DNA from: Candidatus Falkowbacteria bacterium
GTDB lineage: Bacteria; Patescibacteriota; Patescibacteriia; Patescibacteriales; UBA12465
Assembly (NCBI GenBank): GCA_037137655.1
Contig: JBAXJX010000002.1
Span: forward strand, 293,730-357,729
DNA: 64,000 nt
Direction: 5' to 3'
This document shows positions 51,762-59,714 of the stretch, piece after piece (position 1 is the first letter of the stretch; each line of letters starts with the position of its first letter). A program made the translations under genes and the position numbers. The notes beneath the pieces are model-generated. The model ran no database searches. It saw only the letters and a program-made list of their open reading frames with translations, and was not told where the DNA came from.

Positions 51762-54404
51762 TTATTTCACATTCAAAAGAATTTCATCTTTTAGACCAAG
51801 GTCAATCGTCACCTTATCGCCGTCTTTAATTTTGCCCTCCACAATATTCATCGCTAATTCATCTAAAATTAGAGTTTGAATCACGCGTTTAAGTGGTCGA
51901 GCACCATAAGTAATATCAAAGCCTTTTTCAGCTAAAAGTTTCTTCACCTTCTGACTAATCTTAATAGTCACGCTGCGGTTAAGTAGGCGACTAGCCACTT
52001 TAGCTAATTCCAATTCCACGATTTCACCCAAAGCTTCTTTGCTTAAATTCTTGAAGATTACAATTTCATCAATACGATTTAAGAATTCTAATTTGAAATA
52101 TTCTTTTAGAACTTTATCAATCTTTTCTTTCATCTCGCCTTCATGAATTTTTTGTTCTTCAGCCTCATTTTGACCGTCATTAAAACCAATAGAGAATTGT
52201 TTGATAACTTCATTGCCCAAATTAGAAGTCATGATGATAATAGTGTTTTTGAAGTTCACGATGCGACCCTTGGAATCGGTTAAGCGGCCATCATCTAAAA
52301 TCTGCAACAACATGTTGAAAGTTTCAGGATGAGCTTTTTCAATTTCATCAAAGAGCACGACACTATATGGACGACGACGAATTTTTTCGGTTAATTGTCC
52401 ACCTTCTTCATGACCGATGTAGCCCGGAGGGGAACCGATTAATTTAGCCACACTATGTTTTTCCATGAACTCACTCATATCCAAGCGGATCAAAGCGTTT
52501 TCATCATTAAACATAAAGTGCGCTAAAGATTTAGCCAGTTCTGTTTTACCGACACCGGTTGGACCAACGAACATGAAAGAACCAATCGGTTTTTTCTCTT
52601 CGTTAATACCAGCACGACTACGACGCAAAGCATTAGCAATGGCATGAATCGCTTCATCTTGGCCGATAACATATTTCTTTAATTCATCTTCGGCGTGGGC
52701 TAATTTCTTGATTTCATTTTCCATCATTTTTACGACCGGCACACCAGTCCAACGGGAAACAACTTTGGCGATATCTTCTTCGTCCACTTCTTCCTTCAAA
52801 ATGCGTTGGCCCTTTTTCTGAATCTTAATTAATTCTTCTTCTTGTTGTTTAATTTCTTTTTCTAATTTTGGAATTAAGTCGTAACGAATTTGGGCGACCT
52901 TAGTTAGGTCATCGCCGCGCCGTTGAATAATTTCGGAATTAGTTTTTAACTCTTCAATTTTCTTTTTATTGTCACGGATTTTACTGATAATACTTTTTTC
53001 GTTATTCCAATGTAATTCTAATTGACCAGCCTTTTCTTTTATTTCCGCTAATTGTTTACTGATAGTTTTTATTTTACTGGCGCTATTTTTATCTTTAGTG
53101 GCTCCGATACCAGCCTTGGCAATTTCCAGTCGTCGAGTTTCACGCTTTAAATTATCAAGTTCTTCGGGCATGGAATCAATTTCCATGCGCAATGAAGATG
53201 TGGCTTCATCCATTAAATCCACCGCCTTATCTGGCAAGAAACGATCTGTGATATAGCGACCAGAAAGTTGCGCCGCCGCAATTAAAGCATTGTCGGTAAT
53301 GCGAACGCCATGATGCACTTCATATTTTTCTTTGATGCCACGCAAAATCGCGACCGTGTCTTCGATGCTCGGTTCATTCACCATAATCGGTTGGAAGCGA
53401 CGTTCGAGCGCTTGATCCTTTTCAATATATTTTTGATATTCTTTGGTGGTGGTTGCGCCAATAGTTCTGATTTCACCGCGAGCCAAGGCTGGTTTTAACA
53501 TGTTAGAAGCATCCATTGAACCTTCGGATGATCCGGTACCAACAATGGTATGTAATTCGTCGATGAATAAAATTATTTTACCTTCTTGCGCTTGGACTTC
53601 TTTTAAAACTGCCTTTAATCTTTCTTCAAATTCACCACGGAATTTAGCACCAGCCACAAGTGCGCCCAAATCAAGTGATACCACTTCTTTGGACTTCAAC
53701 ATTTCTGGCACATCACCAGCGACAATGCGTTGGGCTAAACCTTCAACGATAGCAGTTTTTCCAGTTCCAGCTTCACCGATTAACACCGGATTATTTTTGG
53801 TCCGACGAAGAAGTACTTGCATGATGCGACGAATTTCACTATCACGACCGATAACCGGGTCAAGCTTTTCTTCGCGCGCCAAGGCAGTTAAATTGATAGT
53901 ATATTTTTCTAACACACGGAATTTAGTGTCTGGATCTGGGTCGGAAATTTTTTGGTTGCCGCGTAATTCTTTTAAGATATTTAAAACTTTATTATGTTCG
54001 ATCTTAAAGTTTAATAAGATTTTTTGCGCAGAAGAATTAACGCCGATTAAAGCGAGTAAAATGTGTTCGGTGGAAATATATTCATCACCCATACCATCGG
54101 CTTCTTTTTTGGCGCGTTCAAGTATCATGGCTACCTCATTAGTGCCTTGAACAGCTTGAACCGGGCCAATGGAAGGGGAGACCTTGCCTTTAGGTAATTT
54201 GTTGATGCCCTTTAGCACAAAATCCTCGATCATATCAGGATCGATTTTGGCCTTTTCTAGAATCGGGCGAATTAAGCTCTCGTTTTGTTGGAGTAGCGCT
54301 AAAAGTAAATGAAGCGCCTCAATGTATTCTTGCCCGAAATCTTGGGCGATAATTTGGGCGTTAATAATCGCTTCTTGCGATTTGCTGGTAAATTTGTTGA
54401 ACAT
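51762..54404 (-). CDS. clpB: ClpB-type AAA+ disaggregase (long M-domain) with a ClpC-like 'IGF' loop
   Basis: N-domain 'HLLLALLQQ'. D1 '[20 protein letters not shown]' and '[12 protein letters not shown]'. ~130-aa coiled-coil M-domain. D2 '[17 protein letters not shown]' and '[11 protein letters not shown]'. '[14 protein letters not shown]' lies between 'TSNLGNE' and 'FLNRIDE'. Confidence 0.9.
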   Translation of the reverse strand: MFNKFTSKSQEAIINAQIIAQDFGQEYIEALHLLLALLQQNESLIRPILEKAKIDPDMIEDFVLKGINKLPKGKVSPSIGPVQAVQGTNEVAMILERAKKEADGMGDEYISTEHILLALIGVNSSAQKILLNFKIEHNKVLNILKELRGNQKISDPDPDTKFRVLEKYTINLTALAREEKLDPVIGRDSEIRRIMQVLLRRTKNNPVLIGEAGTGKTAIVEGLAQRIVAGDVPEMLKSKEVVSLDLGALVAGAKFRGEFEERLKAVLKEVQAQEGKIILFIDELHTIVGTGSSEGSMDASNMLKPALARGEIRTIGATTTKEYQKYIEKDQALERRFQPIMVNEPSIEDTVAILRGIKEKYEVHHGVRITDNALIAAAQLSGRYITDRFLPDKAVDLMDEATSSLRMEIDSMPEELDNLKRETRRLEIAKAGIGATKDKNSASKIKTISKQLAEIKEKAGQLELHWNNEKSIISKIRDNKKKIEELKTNSEIIQRRGDDLTKVAQIRYDLIPKLEKEIKQQEEELIKIQKKGQRILKEEVDEEDIAKVVSRWTGVPVVKMMENEIKKLAHAEDELKKYVIGQDEAIHAIANALRRSRAGINEEKKPIGSFMFVGPTGVGKTELAKSLAHFMFNDENALIRLDMSEFMEKHSVAKLIGSPPGYIGHEEGGQLTEKIRRRPYSVVLFDEIEKAHPETFNMLLQILDDGRLTDSKGRIVNFKNTIIIMTSNLGNEVIKQFSIGFNDGQNEAEEQKIHEGEMKEKIDKVLKEYFKLEFLNRIDEIVIFKNLSKEALGEIVELELAKVASRLLNRSVTIKISQKVKKLLAEKGFDITYGARPLKRVIQTLILDELAMNIVEGKIKDGDKVTIDLGLKDEILLNVK

Positions 54405-54455
54405 ATTATTTAAACTGTCATCCTCGTGAATACGGGGATTCAGGATTAATTGTTA

Positions 54456-54482
54456 TTAGCACTCTAATGTTAAGACTGCTAA
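54456..54482 (-). promoter_or_regulatory. CIRCE-like HrcA operator upstream of clpB
   Basis: TTAGCACTC-taatgttaa-GACTGCTAA versus consensus TTAGCACTC-N9-GAGTGCTAA (one mismatch). It sits immediately downstream of the clpB promoter. Confidence 0.75.
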
Positions 54483-54486
54483 TTTA

Positions 54487-54515
54487 AATATAGTATAGGC
54501 GGAAAATATTGTCAA
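54487..54515 (-). promoter_or_regulatory. clpB promoter
   Basis: Minus strand: TTGACA (54515-54510), 17-nt spacer, TATATT (54492-54487). Confidence 0.7.
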
Positions 54516-54528
54516 TAATTAAGACAAA

Positions 54529-54557
54529 TAAAAACAGCAAACTTTTGGTTTGCTGTT
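54529..54557 (-). terminator. intrinsic terminator after the 54580..54819 gene
   Basis: 10-bp stem aacagcaaac/gtttgctgtt, with a T/A-rich run on the minus strand. Confidence 0.75.
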
Positions 54558-54579
54558 TTGGGTATATGAACTGAAAGAA

Positions 54580-54819
54580 TTACTCTTGCTCCATGAGCTT
54601 TAGAACTTCTTCTGAGAGTTTTGTTTGCAAATCTTTTAATTTGCTTAACTCTGTTTGAAGATTCTCTTTGACTTCAACTTGTTCAACGTCGAGGGCAATA
54701 CTGTCCAATCGTTGCAAAGTGTTGTCAATCTGTACGGTGATTTCTTCTACTTTATTCATTAGTTCCTGTTTTAATTCTGCTTTGCTTTTTGGTTGATTTG
54801 TTGGAGTTTCGAAATTCAT
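54580..54819 (-). CDS. small coiled-coil protein (79 aa)
   Basis: Heptad-like, Glu/Lys/Leu/Gln-rich ('LQTELSKLKDLQTKLSEEVLKLMEQE'). Its own TTGACA-17-TAAAAT promoter lies at about 54878-54906. Confidence 0.55.
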   Translation of the reverse strand: MNFETPTNQPKSKAELKQELMNKVEEITVQIDNTLQRLDSIALDVEQVEVKENLQTELSKLKDLQTKLSEEVLKLMEQE

Positions 54820-54954
54820 ATTATTTATTACTTAAGCGCTTGGTGGCTTAAATTTATTAATTATTAAGATGCTCTCATTTTAGCATATTAATATAGTTAT
54901 GTCAAATAAATGAAAAAGCCCAGGTTTTTAGCCGGGCTTTTATTGTTTAATTGT

Positions 54955-55419
54955 TTATTCTTTTTCTTCTTCTTGGTCCTTGTCTCTTATTTCTTCGTAT
55001 TCGTAGAAGCTCAGTTGTTTTATCAATTCTTTTATTACGGCCACGTGTCGTTTAACGTAAAGTGGATCAACGGAGTCATCTTCGATTACGGGCATCTCCA
55101 CAAGGTCTTCGCTTGGGGCAATACTATTTTTTATTACCGGAATTATCTTTGGGAGTAAATCGTCCCATTCAAAACACTTGCCTTTTTCGAAACCAATTTC
55201 ATAAGGGCTGATGGTCATAGCGGCCACTCCTTTTATTTTCATTATATTCCTACCTAAACATTCTAACGTTTCCCGGTATTTTTCGTAACATTCGCTGTAG
55301 TCAGCGGTTAAAACACAATTCGTTGATTCAAACATTATGTTGGGAATATTAAGTAGTTTTCTATCCACGCTGATATACATATAGTGAGGATCACCTGTTT
55401 TTTCAACTCTTATTTTCAT
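54955..55419 (-). CDS. Nfu_N-like (Nfu/NifU N-terminal scaffold-type) domain protein with acidic tail (tentative)
   Basis: 'MKIRVEKTGDPHYMYISV' and 'IKGVAAMTISPYEIGFEKGKCFEWDDLLPKIIPVI' match the Nfu_N pattern (I.GV....F.PDFITV.K....W..L.P.I). Strong SD: AAAGGAGGTCGAG-ATG. Confidence 0.6.
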   Translation of the reverse strand: MKIRVEKTGDPHYMYISVDRKLLNIPNIMFESTNCVLTADYSECYEKYRETLECLGRNIMKIKGVAAMTISPYEIGFEKGKCFEWDDLLPKIIPVIKNSIAPSEDLVEMPVIEDDSVDPLYVKRHVAVIKELIKQLSFYEYEEIRDKDQEEEKE

Positions 55420-55490
55420 CTCGACCTCCTTTTTATATTGTTAAATTACTAAAAAACCTTGATTATATATTAAAGCCTTATTTTTAATTT

Positions 55491-55523
55491 TTGTCAATTA
55501 TTTGTGATTGTCAAACTTGACAA
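55491..55523. promoter_or_regulatory. divergent promoter/operator region with three TTGTCAA/TTGACAA heptamers
   Basis: TTGTCAA (55491-55497), then TTGTCAA-ac-TTGACAA (55508-55523), a 16-bp inverted repeat. The heptamers double as -35 boxes for both divergent genes. Confidence 0.5.
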
Positions 55524-55614
55524 AAAATTAATTAAGTGGTAATTTTAGGCTAGTAATTGGGCACGGTGTTCGTCCATATACAGTTCTTTTAAACTTCTTA
55601 AAAATATTAGAGTC

Positions 55615-56046
55615 ATGGATAGCAAGGGGTATTCGGCAATTATAGTATTGCCAGCAAAAAAAACTTGGCCTTATTTTAAAATGTTTTCTAGTGAGGCTGG
55701 TCTTAATCTGAGAATTATTGCCGTCTTACTGGAGGCAATGAAAAATAGTCTTAGTTCTAAAAAAATTCCAGTATTAATAGGTAGTACTTTGGGGGATGTT
55801 AGAATAACGATGGCTGAAGATTTTGTATTTTACGGATTTGAAGCGCATCAAAATTTTTTCAATATTTCCTTTGCCATGTTAAGACCTAAAATAATTCTAG
55901 ATACGGTCTTAGAAGTGGTGGAGGAGCACTGCTTAGAAGAAAATAAAATTTTGCTTATTGTTAGTAAGCACCAAGAACAAGAAGTGCGCAGCGAGCTTAA
56001 AAATTTTTTTACTTCCGATAAAATAGAAATCGAAGCCGTTGCTTAA
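55615..56046 (+). CDS. hypothetical protein (143 aa)
   Basis: ORF with its own terminator. No motif recognised. Confidence 0.6.
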   Translation: MDSKGYSAIIVLPAKKTWPYFKMFSSEAGLNLRIIAVLLEAMKNSLSSKKIPVLIGSTLGDVRITMAEDFVFYGFEAHQNFFNISFAMLRPKIILDTVLEVVEEHCLEENKILLIVSKHQEQEVRSELKNFFTSDKIEIEAVA

Positions 56047-56065
56047 AATATTTTTAAATTTAGGG

Positions 56066-56094
56066 AGCCAGTTCAAATAGAACTGGCTTTTTTA
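56066..56094 (+). terminator. intrinsic terminator after the 55615..56046 gene
   Basis: 9-bp stem agccagttc/gaactggct, loop aaata, then TTTTTT. Confidence 0.85.
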
Positions 56095-56163
56095 TTTTGT
56101 CTCCCAAATATTTTGTGCTATTATATAGAGGTGAAAGACTTCAATCTTAAGATCAATTTTAAA

Positions 56164-56535
56164 ATGAATAAAAACAATTTTTTAATTTACGCTCCGAAAG
56201 TTTTGTTAATTATCGCTTGGGAAATAGTTTATTTTCCACTCTGGTGGTATAGCGCTGGCTTTGGGCGTATGGCTATGGGTGTTTTTGGAGCGATTAAGCG
56301 AAAGTTTATTAGCTTGGCGCTAGGTGTTTGGCTAAAAAATTTATTTGTCCCGATGTATGGTCAACATGATTTTGCCGGACGATGCATCAGTTTTTTTATG
56401 CGCTTCTTTCAGATTATTTTTCGGGGCATCGCCTTTTTGTTTTATACTTGTTTTTCCTTACTCCTTATTATTTTTTGGTTGATCTTGCCACCGCTAGTTA
56501 TTTATCTTATTTATCTGGAATTAAATTTAAAATAG
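56164..56535 (+). CDS. small polytopic membrane protein (123 aa), adjacent to and likely translationally coupled with the AAA+ gene
   Basis: 3-4 TM helices ('VLLIIAWEIVYFPLWWY', 'ISLALGVWLKNLFVP', 'IAFLFYTCFSLLLIIFWLILPPLVIYLIYL'). Its TAG at 56533-56535 is followed by the next gene's ATG at 56537. ATG 56164 is preferred to the TTG at 56113. Confidence 0.65.
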   Translation: MNKNNFLIYAPKVLLIIAWEIVYFPLWWYSAGFGRMAMGVFGAIKRKFISLALGVWLKNLFVPMYGQHDFAGRCISFFMRFFQIIFRGIAFLFYTCFSLLLIIFWLILPPLVIYLIYLELNLK

Positions 56536-56536
56536 T

Positions 56537-59185
56537 ATGAAGATAAATTTTAAAAAAGTTGAAGATAAATTCGGCGCAGAACTTAACGGTGGATTTTTTT
56601 ATTGGAATGCGACCTTAAGTCAATCAGCTATATTTTTAAATCGCTTGCGTCGGCAGGTGAATAAACTAATTAATTTTAGCGCCGCGCTTGTTGGTGCGGC
56701 TGGTCTCTTGTCTTTAGCTTATTATTTTTATCAAAACTTCCAAACGATTAATAGTTTTTCTTTAGCGCAAATAAGTTTTTTAATCCAAACTCCAAGTGTT
56801 TGGATTTTGTTGTTTTTATTTTCAATTTTGGTTGATACTTTTTTGTTTTATCGTTTAACGGAAGAGGAATATCAATTGGGACGAATTAAAAATTTCTCTG
56901 TCGATGATTTTGGTGGTGATAAAATTGCAGTGGATCTTGGATTTAGTACTAATAGCTTGATTATTGTGGAAAATGCCTATGAGTTGGCCGAAAAATTAAA
57001 ACAAAGTGAGGTTAATCCCCGCCATTTATTTTGGGTACTTTTACGTAATAATAAAGTGCGCACTTTATTCTCACGTTTAAATGTTGATTATGCCGCCTTG
57101 GTTGATAAATTAAAGCGTCATCTTTTAGTGACTGATCCGGCGAGCGCCCAGAATTTAATTCTTTCCGAGAAAACCCAGGAAGTTTTAATTCAAGCCTATC
57201 TTAATGCTTACAATGACAAACGCCGCGCAGTTGATGTTTTGGATCTTTTAGATTTTTGTTATAACGCTGATGATCTTTTGGGAGAAATTTTATTTGACTG
57301 TGAAATTAGTCAAGAAAAATTAGTTAATGCCATTGCCTGGTTTCGTTCGAATGATAAAGTTATTATTGATCGTAAAATTTTCCGAGAGATGGCGCGCTTA
57401 AAACCGGGCAGCTCTATGGATCGCGCGTACACAGCGCTGTCGACACCAACTCTTGATTATTTTTCCGAGGATTTAACCTTGCGCGCTAAATATAATTATT
57501 TTGGTATTTGTTTAAATCGCGATAAAGAGATAAAAGATATTTTTGATACTTTTGCTAGTGGCTGTTTTGGCGCTTTGTTGGTTGGTTCAGTTGGGGTTGG
57601 TAAGCGAACAATCGTAGAGGGCATCGCGCAGTTAATGGTGAAAGAAGATGTGCCGGAAATTTTTAAAGACAAGCGTTTAGTGGAATTGGATGCGGCCCGA
57701 CTTATTGGCGGTGTGAGCGCGGCTGAGGCTGAAGAAAGATTAATGACAATTATCAGTGAGATTGTTCATGCTAAAAATGTGATTTTATTTGTTGATAATA
57801 TTTCCGCGATTACCGGTATTAGTTCTGGTGGCGACGGCAGCTTGGATTTGGCTCAAGTTTTTGCCAATCTCTTAACCCGTGGCAACGTCTATTGTTTAGC
57901 GACAATTAGTCCGGAGAATTATGCCGAATTTGTGGAAGGCAGTGCTTTAGGTAATGCTATGCCGAAAATTGAAGTGCGCGAACCGGATCACAATAGCGCT
58001 ATTCAAATGCTTCAAACTAAGGTGGCTTATTTTGAAAGTAAGTATGGTATTTATTTTGATTATGATGCTATTGCTAGTGTAGTAGAACTATCGGCGCGTT
58101 ACGTGAATGATAAATTTTTACCGGAAAAAGCCATTGATATTTTGCGCTTAGCGGCGGTTCGAGTGGCTAATATTTGTAAACATGATAAGAAACATTGTTT
58201 TTGTTCTCAAGACGACGTGGCTGATATTATTGCGGAGTTTACTGGTGTACCAGTAGCTCGAGTTGGAGAAAAAGAAACAGAAAAACTTTTGAATCTAGAG
58301 GCGAGTATTCATCAACGCATGATTGGTCAAGAAGAAGCGGTTAATGCTATCTCTGGTAGTTTGCGTCGGGCGCGGGCGGAAATGCGTGAAGGGAAGCGAC
58401 CAATTGCTAGTTTTTTATTTTTAGGACCAACCGGTGTGGGTAAAACAGAATTAGCCAAAACAGTCGCAGAGGTTTATTTTGGTGATGAAAAAAATATGGT
58501 TCGTTTGGATATGAGTGAATATCAAATGTCAGATAGCGTTGTGAAAATGATTGGTGATAGCGCCGGTAATTTAGGTTATTTAACTGAAGCCGTACGTCAT
58601 CATCCTTTTTCTCTAATCTTGTTTGATGAAATTGAAAAGGCTAATCCGGATGTTTTAAATTTATTTTTGCAATTAATGGATGATGGACGATTAACTGACG
58701 GCAGCGGCCGCACGATTGATTTTACTAATGCGATTATTGTGGCGACTTCTAATGCTGGAGCTTTATATATTGAAGAGGCGGTGGAGACGGGTGTGGATAT
58801 TAACATTATTAAACAAGAGATTATTGATAACCAGTTAAATAAGTTTATGCGCCCAGAACTTATTAATCGTTTTGACGGGGTGATAGTTTTTAAACCTTTA
58901 TCTTTTGCTAATGTGGTCGAAATTGCTAAATTGATGTTAAATAAGATTGGTCGGAGCTTGGAGGAAAAAGGAATTGTCTTTGCGCCGACTCAATCCGGGG
59001 TGGAGCGTTTGGCCCAACTAGGTTATGATCCAAAATTCGGTGCTCGCCCGCTTCGTCGTTTATTGCAAGATAGAATTGAAAATGAAGTGGCTAATTTATT
59101 GTTGGCTAAAAAAATTCGTCGCCGAGACACTATTATAGTTAATGATAAAGGAGAATTAGAGGTTGGCAAGGCGAATGAGTTGTAG
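56537..59185 (+). CDS. membrane-anchored ClpB/ClpC-like AAA+ protein with a degenerate first nucleotide-binding domain
   Basis: Two N-terminal TM helices (aa ~46-66 and ~85-105), and a Clp_N-like repeat 'NPRHLFWVLLRNNKVRTLFSRLNVD'. D1 Walker A is 'GSVGVGKRT' (Lys-Arg instead of Lys-Thr), Walker B is 'ILFVDNIS' (DN instead of DE), and the Arg-finger position is 'ALGNAMPK'. D2 is canonical: '[13 protein letters not shown]', '[10 protein letters not shown]', 'GARPLRR'. Confidence 0.85.
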   Translation: MKINFKKVEDKFGAELNGGFFYWNATLSQSAIFLNRLRRQVNKLINFSAALVGAAGLLSLAYYFYQNFQTINSFSLAQISFLIQTPSVWILLFLFSILVDTFLFYRLTEEEYQLGRIKNFSVDDFGGDKIAVDLGFSTNSLIIVENAYELAEKLKQSEVNPRHLFWVLLRNNKVRTLFSRLNVDYAALVDKLKRHLLVTDPASAQNLILSEKTQEVLIQAYLNAYNDKRRAVDVLDLLDFCYNADDLLGEILFDCEISQEKLVNAIAWFRSNDKVIIDRKIFREMARLKPGSSMDRAYTALSTPTLDYFSEDLTLRAKYNYFGICLNRDKEIKDIFDTFASGCFGALLVGSVGVGKRTIVEGIAQLMVKEDVPEIFKDKRLVELDAARLIGGVSAAEAEERLMTIISEIVHAKNVILFVDNISAITGISSGGDGSLDLAQVFANLLTRGNVYCLATISPENYAEFVEGSALGNAMPKIEVREPDHNSAIQMLQTKVAYFESKYGIYFDYDAIASVVELSARYVNDKFLPEKAIDILRLAAVRVANICKHDKKHCFCSQDDVADIIAEFTGVPVARVGEKETEKLLNLEASIHQRMIGQEEAVNAISGSLRRARAEMREGKRPIASFLFLGPTGVGKTELAKTVAEVYFGDEKNMVRLDMSEYQMSDSVVKMIGDSAGNLGYLTEAVRHHPFSLILFDEIEKANPDVLNLFLQLMDDGRLTDGSGRTIDFTNAIIVATSNAGALYIEEAVETGVDINIIKQEIIDNQLNKFMRPELINRFDGVIVFKPLSFANVVEIAKLMLNKIGRSLEEKGIVFAPTQSGVERLAQLGYDPKFGARPLRRLLQDRIENEVANLLLAKKIRRRDTIIVNDKGELEVGKANEL

Positions 59186-59193
59186 TTTTAAAA

Positions 59194-59256
59194 AACCCAC
59201 CGACGCTAAAGTTTTGGCGGGTGAAATAAAAAAGGACCATCGTTTTTTGATGGTCC
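59194..59256 (-). repeat. bipartite hairpin element, copy 5 (divergent)
   Basis: aacccaccg..tggcgggt (hairpin 1), gaaataaaaaa, then ggaccatc-gtttttt-gatggtcc (hairpin 2 with a different stem sequence but the same architecture). Confidence 0.7.
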
Positions 59257-59280
59257 AATTAATGAGTGTTGAAAGTTACT

Positions 59281-59625
59281 TTAACAACTCGGTGTTAATT
59301 GAAAACTTTCTTTTTGTTCGATCTTTGCCATAATTTTTTCTAGACCAATTTTATCTGGGCCAAAATCAATTATGCAATGTGTTCCTTTAATAGTCTCAAT
59401 TTTCTCGCCGTACAAGCTTGATAATATTTCCTCAACTTTGTTTTTTGTGAGTAATTTTGCTTTTACGATGTTTTGGTTGCCACGAACTAAAATTGACTCG
59501 ATTACGCCTTCTTTGTCGTAATCGTGTAGATAGTCCATCACCTCTTTAATGATTAATAATGATGTTTCAATTGCGATCACTGTCGCATTGTCTCCTTGTA
59601 CTAGAATAATTGAGCTGAATAACAT
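59281..59625 (-). CDS. hypothetical protein (114 aa)
   Basis: ORF followed by terminator module copy 5. No motif recognised. Confidence 0.55.
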   Translation of the reverse strand: MLFSSIILVQGDNATVIAIETSLLIIKEVMDYLHDYDKEGVIESILVRGNQNIVKAKLLTKNKVEEILSSLYGEKIETIKGTHCIIDFGPDKIGLEKIMAKIEQKESFQLTPSC

Positions 59626-59714
59626 TTTTTTTCCTTTCTTTTTTTAAGGGTTAGTATTTATTTTTTTAATGAGCTAATGTATTATAAACTATTGTTATAA
59701 AACTGTCAACACTT

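Noticed and set aside
53443-54150. 235-aa ORF on the + strand inside clpB
   Set aside because: It is antisense to a strongly supported AAA+ CDS. The translation is low-complexity (Ser/Pro/Ala-rich) with no motif, which is a typical shadow ORF.
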